From positions 74,291 to 138,290 of the forward strand of contig CAZKVV010000002.1 of the NCBI GenBank assembly GCA_964556485.1: DNA of 64,000 bases, read 5' to 3'. Below the pieces are notes generated by a model. It searched no databases. It had not been told where the DNA came from and saw nothing but the letters and a program-made list of their open reading frames with translations. The translations under genes were made by a program, and so were the position numbers. Of this stretch, positions 27,349 through 36,827 are shown piece after piece; within the stretch, counting starts at the first letter, position 1, and every line of letters begins with the position of its first letter. This DNA comes from an uncultured Pseudomonadales bacterium. GTDB taxonomy: Bacteria; Patescibacteriota; Microgenomatia; UBA1400; PJMF01.

Positions 27349-28542
27349 TTATGCTACCCAATATCCTTGAACAAACAGTATCGTGTTAATGACAAGTAGT
27401 ATACCCGAAATAGCTAACCATATAATCGGCCAAATTTTTTTCTTGGATAGTTGTAATGATAGGTAGATAAATACTGGAAAGCATGCCAGTACATATCTTG
27501 GAATACTTGAGAAAGAACCGGTGAGTGTTGGAATAAGTACTGCTAAAAGTGAAAAGACTAGGTAAGACGCTCTTACCTTATTTCTACTCATTACTAATAC
27601 GGTTGTAGTAGCGACAAATAACAGAAGATCTTGGAAATATGAAAAGTATTTCCAATCAAATGGTCTATATGTTAGTAAAATGCGGATTTGTCTATAGATT
27701 ACCTGTGGAAGGACAACGATGCTTTCTTGTCTTCCAGCTCCAAATTCAGATTGAACATGAAAAAAATAGAGTGGATCTGAAAAGGTGAAGTGCAGATAAC
27801 CCATATAGATAATCAGCCCACTTGAACTGAGTACCAGCAACAAAAGTTTTTCTTTTTTTTCATACATTTTAATAAGTACTTTTTTAAGTCCAGCTATAGT
27901 GAACTGCGCTTTAGAAATAATTTTTTCTTGAAGTAACAGTTCAATAAATAATGCAGGTACAAGTGCTATGCCTACAACTTTGGTAGCACTAGCTAAACCA
28001 GCAAATATAACGGCTAGTAACCATCTCTTTTTTCGTGCAAACAAAAAACTACTTACTACTAAAAATAAGAAAAGTGATTCAGCGTACACTGCAGCAAAGT
28101 ACAATGACGTTGGGAATAGTAAAACTGCTACACAAACAAGTTTAAAATCGATAGTATAACCATCAGTTATAGCTAGCTTATGCAAAATAAACAGAAAGAG
28201 CCCAAGAAAACAAAGTGAAAGCAACTGGCCAACCAAAATAGGTGAGATTATATTGAAGGAAAAAACCAAAATTAACACTGGGTATAAAGGGAAAAATGCT
28301 TGTATTAATGCAGTACCAACATACCCCCTTTTAACAATTGTGAGGTAATGGACGCCATCGAAATTGGCAAATGAATAAATTGACTTGGGTAAACCTGAGC
28401 TTTTAAGTAGATCATTTGAATAGGGAAAACTTGGTTGATAGAGTAACACAGAATCACTAGCTATAGTTATAGTGTGTAATGCAATTCGCCAAAAAAATAC
28501 TATTGCTACAAAGCTTAAAAAAATTAAAATGTTTTTTTTCAT
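27349..28542 (-). CDS. Polytopic membrane protein, GT-C-like (PIG-V/DUF2029-type candidate)
   Basis: The internal start MKKNILIFL (1-nt overlap with upstream stop) is preferred over the track start at 28602. About 11 TM. First loop FANFDGVHYLTIVKRGY. Confidence 0.4.
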   Translation of the reverse strand: MKKNILIFLSFVAIVFFWRIALHTITIASDSVLLYQPSFPYSNDLLKSSGLPKSIYSFANFDGVHYLTIVKRGYVGTALIQAFFPLYPVLILVFSFNIISPILVGQLLSLCFLGLFLFILHKLAITDGYTIDFKLVCVAVLLFPTSLYFAAVYAESLFLFLVVSSFLFARKKRWLLAVIFAGLASATKVVGIALVPALFIELLLQEKIISKAQFTIAGLKKVLIKMYEKKEKLLLLVLSSSGLIIYMGYLHFTFSDPLYFFHVQSEFGAGRQESIVVLPQVIYRQIRILLTYRPFDWKYFSYFQDLLLFVATTTVLVMSRNKVRASYLVFSLLAVLIPTLTGSFSSIPRYVLACFPVFIYLSLQLSKKKIWPIIWLAISGILLVINTILFVQGYWVA

Positions 28543-30182
28543 TAACTCTGTTTTTGTACTTTCCTCTTTGATACAAGTACCATCATACCAAGTGCAATAC
28601 ATCCTAAGATACTGAGACTATTACCTATCACTCTAGGCATGGTTTTTTGTGTAAATATGGTTGTTACGCTATGTTTTCCTGGCACTAATCTAAAAGCTAA
28701 CCTGCCTTCAATTATCTCATCGTCTGTATATACCATCTTTTCGCCATTCGCGGTTGTTTCCCAGCCAGGAAATAGCATGACTGGTTCAACAATCGTAACC
28801 TCAGTTTGAGATTCAACAGTATATTCATGTTTTATAGTAGTCCAAAAGTTTGTAGAAATAGTTCCATCGCCCTCAATAATTCGAGCTGAAGGTTGCCAAT
28901 CACCAATTCCTAAATAGGTGAAATTAGATGGTACGTTTTCATTCTGAGTTGATGTGCTTTGTGTGTAAGCGTCATAATCGATTGTTGATTTATGAAAATA
29001 ATCTACAGGCTTAATGTTTAGTACGGAATAGATAGCTACGAACATTAGAAGAATGAACAGAAGTCTGGCATATTTTTGTAAACTAACACCAACGTGAGCA
29101 GCTACTGGAAGTAGGAACACAAAAAAAACCAGTGAAAGTCTCCAAGGAAACTGGATGAATCTGAGAATGGGTACTAGTTTCCAAATCAGTGCCGACATTT
29201 CAATCTGCAAAAAAATAAGAAACACACTGATTGTAATGAAATAGTGCAGACTGTGCTCTGTGTACTGTTTTTTTATAACTACATACCCAATTGAAATTGC
29301 AATAAGAATGAAAGGGATCCAACCAATGCTTAAACCTAGCGAATCAATCATGCCAGAGTATGAAAATCCAAATGAGAGAGGAGCAAACAGCAACTGTTGC
29401 ATGGTGGCAAAATGATCGGTAATTGCTGATTGGTTAGCACTGCGTGTTACTACCGTTGCGGATGCCTCAAATACTGCTGGCAGCCAAAACCAAGCAGAAA
29501 GGATGAATGCCCAGAAAAGCATGATACTAAATCTCAGTATCGCGACTTTATTTTTACCAAAGGTTCCAATTCCTAACAGTATGAGCAGTGGTGTTACCAC
29601 GAGCACTGTAGAGTTGTGAGAAAGAAAAAAGAGTGTCCAGAAAATGACTTGAGAGACAAATGTTCGAGCGGTAATTTTTGATTGTAAAAGTATTTGAATA
29701 CTTCTGAGCAACCATGGAAGTAAACTGTAGGCAAAAATTTCACCAATGCTCCCTCGATAATACATCGTGGTGAGGATAAACGGATTTGTAAACCACAGTA
29801 ATACGACTATTCCTTGAGCAGTCAGTGAGTCACCATACTTTTTAGTACATAATAGTGCTCCAAAGCTTCCCCAGAGCAAACTAAGAAGTACTAGTATCTT
29901 AAAGGTAGTTTCGTAGTTAATTTTAGCTAAACTAAAAGGCAAAGATAAAAGAGATGGTAGTGGGTAGTTGTAATTGAAAACTGGATACCCATACCTATTA
30001 AAAAGCGTCGGTGCGATTCTAGGGGGAAACTGCCCTTCTTTTAGTGCTAATTTATAATTTGCAAATCGAGCTAAGTGATTTTCTCCATCATGAGTAAAAG
30101 GAATACCTTCATGAAAGTACAATCTACCCACAAAAAGCGTTAACAACAGTGCAAACAATGAAATGAGTATCCGATTTTTCAT
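28542..30182 (-). CDS. Polytopic membrane protein of uncharacterised HD-x-H-x-AR / GQFP / GYP-F family (paralog 1 of 3)
   Basis: 546 aa. N-terminal loop FTHDGENHLARFANYKLALKEGQFPPRI...YGYPVFNYNYPLP is conserved in 36828..38540 and 53852..55624. It has more than 10 TM plus a C-terminal ~150-aa soluble beta-rich domain and a final TM. Confidence 0.5.
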   Translation of the reverse strand: MKNRILISLFALLLTLFVGRLYFHEGIPFTHDGENHLARFANYKLALKEGQFPPRIAPTLFNRYGYPVFNYNYPLPSLLSLPFSLAKINYETTFKILVLLSLLWGSFGALLCTKKYGDSLTAQGIVVLLWFTNPFILTTMYYRGSIGEIFAYSLLPWLLRSIQILLQSKITARTFVSQVIFWTLFFLSHNSTVLVVTPLLILLGIGTFGKNKVAILRFSIMLFWAFILSAWFWLPAVFEASATVVTRSANQSAITDHFATMQQLLFAPLSFGFSYSGMIDSLGLSIGWIPFILIAISIGYVVIKKQYTEHSLHYFITISVFLIFLQIEMSALIWKLVPILRFIQFPWRLSLVFFVFLLPVAAHVGVSLQKYARLLFILLMFVAIYSVLNIKPVDYFHKSTIDYDAYTQSTSTQNENVPSNFTYLGIGDWQPSARIIEGDGTISTNFWTTIKHEYTVESQTEVTIVEPVMLFPGWETTANGEKMVYTDDEIIEGRLAFRLVPGKHSVTTIFTQKTMPRVIGNSLSILGCIALGMMVLVSKRKVQKQS

Positions 30183-31240
30183 TTGTGTACTACTGACTTG
30201 TATACATCAACAGTCTTACTTGCAGCTTTCTCCCATGAAAAAGTTTTTTCCCAAGCACTGGCATGACGAATAAACTCGAGTCTCTTGGTTTTAGACCACA
30301 TCAAAACGGATTCAACTGCTAATGCAAATGCTTCAGCATTTGGTTCTGTGAGTAGAGCAGCTGTACCGGCAACTTCAGGTAAAGATCCGCCATTGCTTGA
30401 TATAACAACTGTTTTACATCTCATTGCCTCAAGAATTGGTAATCCAAAACCTTCATACAATGAAGGTTGCACGTAACACAGAGCCCCAGTGTAAAGTGCC
30501 GACAGTTCTTTGGTTGAATCAACTAAGATATCTGTGAGGAAATGTACTCGCTGTTCTACATTGGATAATGCCATCTGTTTTTCAATCCACTGCCATTCTG
30601 GAATTGGTTGTGGAAAGAAATGTTTTCCTACACATACCAAATGCACGGGTTCAGGCAAAAACTTCATCATTTTTATAAGTTGGGGAATATTTTTATTGTA
30701 GTTTATATCACCTACATATAAAACGTAATTTTCAGGCAATGAATGAAATTTTTTAACCTCAATGACGATATCTTTTGGTTGTGGTGCTAATGCATCAGTA
30801 GCAGCTAATGGTACGACATGAATTTTATCTGGTTTTATTTTCAGATAGGTTGAGATATCTTTTTTTGAACATTCAGAATCTGTAATCAATGCATCTGCAC
30901 GTGACAATGCTACTCTTTGTCGATAAAACGCAAGCGATCCTTTCATTCCCGGCTTGTACTCTTCTGGATACAATAAAGGAATAACATCATGAACGGTAAC
31001 TATGGTTTTACCTTTAGATATGAAAGGTAGACTGTTAAAGAATAAATCGAAAAAGGGATAATGTGTGATGTCTATGTGAGGATGTTCATTTTTTTCTAAA
31101 ATGCTTGATCTATACACTAATAGATCGGGTGTTTGTTCAAGCTCAGTAAGCAAGTTTCGTGTGTAGCTGCCTACTCCACGTATAACATGACCTGATCCTA
31201 ACGGACGTGTATCTAACAAGACGGTGAGTAACTTAGACAT
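30179..31240 (-). CDS. GT4-family glycosyltransferase
   Basis: C-terminal CYVQPSLYEGFGLPILEAMRCKTVVISSNGGSLPEV. Confidence 0.8.
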   Translation of the reverse strand: MSKLLTVLLDTRPLGSGHVIRGVGSYTRNLLTELEQTPDLLVYRSSILEKNEHPHIDITHYPFFDLFFNSLPFISKGKTIVTVHDVIPLLYPEEYKPGMKGSLAFYRQRVALSRADALITDSECSKKDISTYLKIKPDKIHVVPLAATDALAPQPKDIVIEVKKFHSLPENYVLYVGDINYNKNIPQLIKMMKFLPEPVHLVCVGKHFFPQPIPEWQWIEKQMALSNVEQRVHFLTDILVDSTKELSALYTGALCYVQPSLYEGFGLPILEAMRCKTVVISSNGGSLPEVAGTAALLTEPNAEAFALAVESVLMWSKTKRLEFIRHASAWEKTFSWEKAASKTVDVYKSVVHK

Positions 31241-32006
31241 GATTTTGTAACTCCCAAAGCTTCAAAAAGGCAACTGGATGATGTAATCCACTCATCACTG
31301 CAAAAACAAAACCTGGTATACCATCATAAAAGCCTTTATGCCTTAAAAAAAGCTTAAAGAAGGTCATTACTGGTTTGTATATGCAGAGGGAAAATCCAAG
31401 AAAAATGGTTGGTTTTATTTTCTTTTTCGACATTTCTATTGCCGTAAATGTGGTGTAGGTATTAAATTTTCTAATATAATCAGAAAAAGTTGGATTGCTG
31501 TAATGAATGATATGACCTTTAACTGTACTAACTGGACCAGTCGCAGTCATTTGTTCATGCACATCTTTTTGTGGAAGTGCAGCTTTACCATTTCTATATA
31601 AACGAATGACCATATCAGGATACTGGCCACCTTTTGTTAAAAAAGCTCCTAAAAAATAATTCTTCCTTGGAATCCACCAAGCACTGATTTCTTGATTAAC
31701 GTCAACTTTATTTTGCTCAATTGAAACGATATATTTTGCAAGTTCATCATCAACAACTTCATCTGCATCAAGCTGAAGAACCAGATCACCCTTTGCAGCA
31801 TCCATAGCTATTTGTTTATTGATATGAAAATTTGATTTATTGGTTGTAACAATAATTTTTGCACCAAATTCTTTTGCAATACTCACGGTTCTATCTGTTG
31901 ATTCTCCATCTACAACAATAATTTCATCTGCAATCTTTGCAATTGATTGTAAACACTTACTGAGATTTAATTCCTCATTATGAACCGCAAGCACAACTGA
32001 TAACAT
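31233..32006 (-). CDS. GT2-family glycosyltransferase
   Basis: LSVVLAVHNEE ... IIVVDGESTDRT ... LQLDADEVV. It is related to 49678..50517 and 51460..52356. Confidence 0.75.
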   Translation of the reverse strand: MLSVVLAVHNEELNLSKCLQSIAKIADEIIVVDGESTDRTVSIAKEFGAKIIVTTNKSNFHINKQIAMDAAKGDLVLQLDADEVVDDELAKYIVSIEQNKVDVNQEISAWWIPRKNYFLGAFLTKGGQYPDMVIRLYRNGKAALPQKDVHEQMTATGPVSTVKGHIIHYSNPTFSDYIRKFNTYTTFTAIEMSKKKIKPTIFLGFSLCIYKPVMTFFKLFLRHKGFYDGIPGFVFAVMSGLHHPVAFLKLWELQNHV

Positions 32007-32008
32007 AC

Positions 32009-33586
32009 TTATTCCTTAATTTCCCAGTAGTTATCTTCCCATGATATCAATGTTTTCTCAACGGTACTTCTATCTGATTCTTTACCGATAAAATGAAAAC
32101 GATCTACTCTTTCACCATATCTAAATCCAATCCGATCGGGATTTTGTTTAATTATTGTTTGATAAAAAACATCTGGTGGTAACTGTAGATACCAAGCAAC
32201 TAACACATAGTGATACCCACCAACGTCTACAAATGCAATTTGTTCATCTGGGCGCTGCTCAACATTCTCTAAAGTACTCTTTAAACCGCCTTGGTATAAA
32301 GATCGCATTTGTTCAGGATATTTGGTGAAATATGTGTAAATATAGCTACTAAAAATGAGGATTGTGCTACTCAGAAATAATGTGGAAAGCATGAGCACGC
32401 TTTGTGAATTCTTAATTTTGCTAACTGCCAATTGTAATCCTCTTGTACCCACTAGTATCAATACAAAAAAGAAAAACAGACTTCGAGTTGTGTGTGGTGA
32501 ATCGACAGTGATACTTGCCGGGAGCAAACTAATTACCACCAATGCTAATAAAACTAAATCAGACTTCACTATCTTAAACTCTAGCTTCTTTTTTTGGATT
32601 AGTTTTATTCCAACTTCATAGATTAAACTAACAATACCAAGCATGCTGAAAAGGTACGCAGGTAACAAAAGATTTCCCCAATTGGGTAGTGTATGCCAAG
32701 GGTGTGATCCACCTCTAATAACAACAAAAGTTGGATCAAAACTTTTTACTAATGATTGAAGAATTAATCCTCCAAAATAGACATACTTATTTCCGATAAT
32801 TGGTTGTAATGCAGTAGGTAAAGAAAGCCGGTATTCGATCAAATTGGTATTTGTTAATTCGTCACTAAAAATAGTTATTGAGCTTTTTTGAGCAGTAAGT
32901 GAAGAAAGTATTGTGAAAAAAAAGATAGCCGCACCTGTATATAAACTTAGAGTAATGATCCATCTCTTCCAGTTTTTTATTCCATGCCAAAACACTAAAA
33001 CAACACTGATAAATGGAATATAGAGAAGTGGTGTGTTGTAGGTGGCACATGCCGCAAACATACAAAGACCAGCAAGTACTTGGAACCACCATTTTTGTTT
33101 GGAGATATATGCAAAATAGATTGAAACAACTAATAGTGCTAATCCAACATTAGCTTCAAATGCAATTCTGGAGTAGAAAAAAAACACTGGAGTGGTAGCT
33201 ATGAGAAAACTAAAAAGTAGTTGCCACTTTTTTTCTAACTTAAAATTTCCTGCAAAATAATACCCAGCAATAATCAGAATCATTCCTGCAACTGCTGATG
33301 GGAGTCTAACGACAGCATCACTTACACCAAAAATGCTGAAAAATGCTGTTAAAAGAAGTGGATATCCCAGTAATTTGTAATCTCCGAATGATTCCAATGC
33401 CATTGGCCACTTTCTTCCCCACTCATCCATCCCTACTTCTTTGAGTAAGTATCCGTTATATGCCAAAGCTGCTTCATCTCGATTGAGAATACTTTCAACA
33501 CCAAAATCCAACCAAACAAACCTCAAAATAATTGCAATACAACAAACACTTAGCAGGAAAATTTGATAGATCTTATTCATATGCAT
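32009..33586 (-). CDS. ArnT/PMT-like GT-C glycosyltransferase (GT39/GT83-type), SFGDYKLP subfamily
   Basis: First loop NRDEAALAYNGY (DE motif) ... ESFGDYKLLGYP ... VRLPSAVAGM. About 12 TM plus C-terminal soluble domain. Confidence 0.7.
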   Translation of the reverse strand: MHMNKIYQIFLLSVCCIAIILRFVWLDFGVESILNRDEAALAYNGYLLKEVGMDEWGRKWPMALESFGDYKLLGYPLLLTAFFSIFGVSDAVVRLPSAVAGMILIIAGYYFAGNFKLEKKWQLLFSFLIATTPVFFFYSRIAFEANVGLALLVVSIYFAYISKQKWWFQVLAGLCMFAACATYNTPLLYIPFISVVLVFWHGIKNWKRWIITLSLYTGAAIFFFTILSSLTAQKSSITIFSDELTNTNLIEYRLSLPTALQPIIGNKYVYFGGLILQSLVKSFDPTFVVIRGGSHPWHTLPNWGNLLLPAYLFSMLGIVSLIYEVGIKLIQKKKLEFKIVKSDLVLLALVVISLLPASITVDSPHTTRSLFFFFVLILVGTRGLQLAVSKIKNSQSVLMLSTLFLSSTILIFSSYIYTYFTKYPEQMRSLYQGGLKSTLENVEQRPDEQIAFVDVGGYHYVLVAWYLQLPPDVFYQTIIKQNPDRIGFRYGERVDRFHFIGKESDRSTVEKTLISWEDNYWEIKE

Positions 33587-35249
33587 ATAAAGCGTATCCT
33601 AAGTTGGGATAACTCTCAATTTCTTTTAATGACTCCTCAGAAAAAACTGATTTTACATAGCCAGGTTCACCTAAGAGTACCGAAAACTGCTTATCTCTCC
33701 TTAATGTATCTGCATTAAAGTGGATGTTTCCCATTTCTTGAGAGATTGGCATTCTACTATAAACCGTACCTGTGGTATTGAATTGTTTGACTTCATCTGC
33801 TGAGTACTCATACAGCAACAACCATAAGTACACTCGAGTATCAGGTGGATGAGCATACACAGCTTGATGCGATTTGCTGAGTTGGGCAACTAGTTGAGCG
33901 AAATCTGGGTATTCGCTTTGCCAAAAGACCTGACTCTTTTCAGGGTAGATCTTATCGTAGTGATGTAGAAATTGTGTAAAGAAAAAACTGCTAACCAGTA
34001 CTAATCCTATACCCAAAGCGGCACCAACGAGTTTATATTTGAATGATTCACAAAAAATAAGTATCTGATACGTGCCTATACCTATGATACTACTCAGAGG
34101 TACTAGAGCAAACAGTGAGCGTTGGGCATTTGGAACATCAAGTGGTATTGAGGCTGGTAGTATTCCAACAATTACCCATGTGAGCAAAAATAAGCCAAGT
34201 TTTTTTGATTTTGAAAACAGCCATGACATTCCTACTAACAATGGCAACAGCATTGTTAGGTTGAACAATCCTGATACTCCTGACCCGTGTCTCATGTTGC
34301 TATCACCGGTGAAAAAAAGGTAACGAGGATCAAGATGAGAAAAAACATTTTCTAGTAATTGCCTCAAGATAAATACACGTCGATTAAATAAAATGCTATC
34401 CAATTTAGAGGTAGCAACTGTTTGTACCTCATTTGCAGTTTGTACAAAAGTTGTAATATCTAGAACTGAATCTGTACTCATGCGAACAATTTGACTTGAT
34501 GTAAAGTGTTCAGAAAAATACATTGGTACAAGTGCTACATAAAAAAGCAAAAGCACACCTACTGCAGTTCCAATGCTGCTCATTATTTGTTTTAGCGACT
34601 TATTGCTTACTTCCAAAATACACAGCATCATAAAGATCACTGACCAAATATATTGTGCTGCATAGTAGGTATATGATGCGGCTATACCAAAAAAAAGCGC
34701 AACAGCATACCAATATGCTTGTTTGCGTATAAACCCTTGTAAGAGAGATGCTATTGAAATCAATACCAATGCTTGAGCAAGCATACTTTCAAATCCAACT
34801 AATGAAAAGTGAAATGCCCAAGGTGAGATACCAACCACAAATGCAGTCGATACCATCAGTTTCAGTCTATGAAGTTTAGGAGTTTGAGAGCCATATCTTT
34901 TTGTAATGACAAATGTAAGATATGCAGTTAGACAGATTGTTAGTAATCCTGATACTAAGCTCGGAATACGAACGAGCCAATCATATTCAGGTAACAATCG
35001 GTATAAGAAACTGACGATAATAATCAGACCTGGAAGTTTATAGTCTCCATAGGATGGATACAGTGGCTGTAACCAATGATTTCCATGAATATCATGGCCA
35101 AAATGAGCTACTGATCGAGCATCGACTGCAATTGCAACTTCATCCCAATATAAGGAGAGATTTTGACTGGAAAAAAATGCAACCCTAGCGATAATGCTCA
35201 CAAACAAAAGTAATGACACAACTACCCAGATAGAATGTTTGTAAAACAT
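33573..35249 (-). CDS. ArnT/PMT-like GT-C glycosyltransferase, SFGDYKLP subfamily
   Basis: YWDEVAIAVDAR ... PSYGDYKLPGL ... VRIPSLVSGLL. Confidence 0.7.
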   Translation of the reverse strand: MFYKHSIWVVVSLLLFVSIIARVAFFSSQNLSLYWDEVAIAVDARSVAHFGHDIHGNHWLQPLYPSYGDYKLPGLIIIVSFLYRLLPEYDWLVRIPSLVSGLLTICLTAYLTFVITKRYGSQTPKLHRLKLMVSTAFVVGISPWAFHFSLVGFESMLAQALVLISIASLLQGFIRKQAYWYAVALFFGIAASYTYYAAQYIWSVIFMMLCILEVSNKSLKQIMSSIGTAVGVLLLFYVALVPMYFSEHFTSSQIVRMSTDSVLDITTFVQTANEVQTVATSKLDSILFNRRVFILRQLLENVFSHLDPRYLFFTGDSNMRHGSGVSGLFNLTMLLPLLVGMSWLFSKSKKLGLFLLTWVIVGILPASIPLDVPNAQRSLFALVPLSSIIGIGTYQILIFCESFKYKLVGAALGIGLVLVSSFFFTQFLHHYDKIYPEKSQVFWQSEYPDFAQLVAQLSKSHQAVYAHPPDTRVYLWLLLYEYSADEVKQFNTTGTVYSRMPISQEMGNIHFNADTLRRDKQFSVLLGEPGYVKSVFSEESLKEIESYPNLGYALYAYE

Positions 35250-35255
35250 AGTGAA

Positions 35256-35261
35256 AGTATA
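35256..35261 (-). promoter_or_regulatory. Candidate -10 hexamer (TATACT) 6 nt upstream of ATG of 33573..35249
   Basis: Minus-strand sequence reads TATACT-ttcact-ATG. Confidence 0.3.
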
Positions 35262-35275
35262 ACCTATTTCCTGTG

Positions 35276-35281
35276 TATAAT
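35276..35281 (+). promoter_or_regulatory. Candidate -10 hexamer (TATAAT) 9 nt upstream of ATG 35291
   Basis: Plus-strand sequence reads tgtgTATAAT-ggagttacc-ATG. Confidence 0.3.
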
Positions 35282-35290
35282 GGAGTTACC

Positions 35291-36823
35291 ATGAAACTTC
35301 GATGGCTTGTGTTACTTATTGCAATTTTTTCACTCAGTTTTAGATTTTGGTTTTATGCAACTCACATTGTCGTTAATAATGACACTTTAAGAGATGCTCA
35401 GATTGTGGAAGAACTTTCCAGATCTAATACATTTTTCCCAGCTTATGGACCTAAGGCAAGTGTGGGAAATTTTTATTTACCTCCTTTGTACTATCAGATT
35501 CATCTTATTTTTTCTGTTGTTACCAACCATCATCCTTTGACAATGAATATCATCAATACTTTCATTGAAGCGCTGACACCCGTGTTACTGTTTCTACTTT
35601 TGTATGCAGCAGTAGAAAAAAAATTTGCTTTTGTGCTTTCACTCTTATATATAGTTGCACCACTACCTGTTATTTTTGGAACTAGAGCTTGGAACCCTAT
35701 CACTATTCCATTTTTTACTACACTAGCTTTGTTACTGTTTCTTGAGTATTTCAAAAATAAAACTGCTCAATTAATCCCTCTGATGACTCTGTCTATCGCT
35801 GTTGCCCTGCAACTTCATTATCAAACAGTAGTAGTCATTCCATTCTATTTTGGTGTTTTCTGTTGGAGCTTTTTAAAGAGAAAAGATGATAGAAAGTATT
35901 GGTTATTGGGCATTCTGCTTAGTTTGGCTACATTTATACCGTACTTTTGGGGTGAGTTCCACAATAATTGGAAAAACAGCATGGCAATGTATTCCTATTT
36001 TTTTGGAGAACATGCAAATTACTATGATAGAGTTTCAAAACCTGAATACCTTTTAACATTTTTACCTAGTTTTTTTGAAAGAATTCTGACAAATACAGTT
36101 CAGCCATCAATGTGGCTGGGCAGATTATTGATGATTACTGCAGTTGTTGGTTCTGCTCTAGCTGTAAAAAAACGGAAACAAAGTTTCAAAAAAATGGGAA
36201 TTTTATTGTTGTATGTAGCTAGTATATTTTTTGCCCTCAGAATGTATAAAGGCGACAAAATTGATTACTACATGAGTACCTTATTTATTGCACCAATTTT
36301 GTTTTTGGCAGTACTTTCACACATCAATGCAAAAGTTGCATGGGTGTTAACAGGACTGCTTATATTTGTAGCCGCAAGTGCATCTACATCCATCCCACAC
36401 TTTAATTCCTATCAAGATTTAAAAGTTGCGGTGCAAGACTTATCACAAAATTCAAGCAATGAAGGGTATAGATTTTTGTTTTATGATTTGAGACATGCTA
36501 ATACCATAAGTTACATTTTGTATAAAAATCCTGAGATACGTATCAATCAAAAGAGTAGTATGTTAGTCGAAGTTTTTGAATCAAATGCTACAGTACCAGA
36601 CTGGATTGACACCTGTGAGTCGAATGAAAAAGCAGCATCTTCTAATGGGTCATTTCCGGTTTTTAAATGCACCTATGAATATCAAGTACTGTCAGAAATT
36701 AAAAAATATTCTGATATGAGCTTTCAGTTTGGAAAGGTGAATGAGAAAGCTCGTGATATTGAAACGAAACATAGTGTTGATTCATCCCATGGTACGGATA
36801 TACTGCTAACAGAACTTTTTTAA
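35291..36823 (+). CDS. Polytopic membrane protein, GT-C-like candidate
   Basis: The track start at 35273 is GTG; the first ATG (MKLRWLVLL) is at 35291. About 12 TM, loop DTLRDAQIVEEL, C-terminal ~130-aa soluble domain. Confidence 0.4.
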   Translation: MKLRWLVLLIAIFSLSFRFWFYATHIVVNNDTLRDAQIVEELSRSNTFFPAYGPKASVGNFYLPPLYYQIHLIFSVVTNHHPLTMNIINTFIEALTPVLLFLLLYAAVEKKFAFVLSLLYIVAPLPVIFGTRAWNPITIPFFTTLALLLFLEYFKNKTAQLIPLMTLSIAVALQLHYQTVVVIPFYFGVFCWSFLKRKDDRKYWLLGILLSLATFIPYFWGEFHNNWKNSMAMYSYFFGEHANYYDRVSKPEYLLTFLPSFFERILTNTVQPSMWLGRLLMITAVVGSALAVKKRKQSFKKMGILLLYVASIFFALRMYKGDKIDYYMSTLFIAPILFLAVLSHINAKVAWVLTGLLIFVAASASTSIPHFNSYQDLKVAVQDLSQNSSNEGYRFLFYDLRHANTISYILYKNPEIRINQKSSMLVEVFESNATVPDWIDTCESNEKAASSNGSFPVFKCTYEYQVLSEIKKYSDMSFQFGKVNEKARDIETKHSVDSSHGTDILLTELF

Positions 36824-36827
36824 AAAT

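Noticed and set aside
27349-28602. 60-nt overlap between 27349..28602 and 28542..30182 as a possible frameshift or pseudogene junction.
   Set aside because: An internal ATG (MKKNILIFL) gives a 1-nt stop/start overlap like the other junctions in the operon, so no frameshift is needed.
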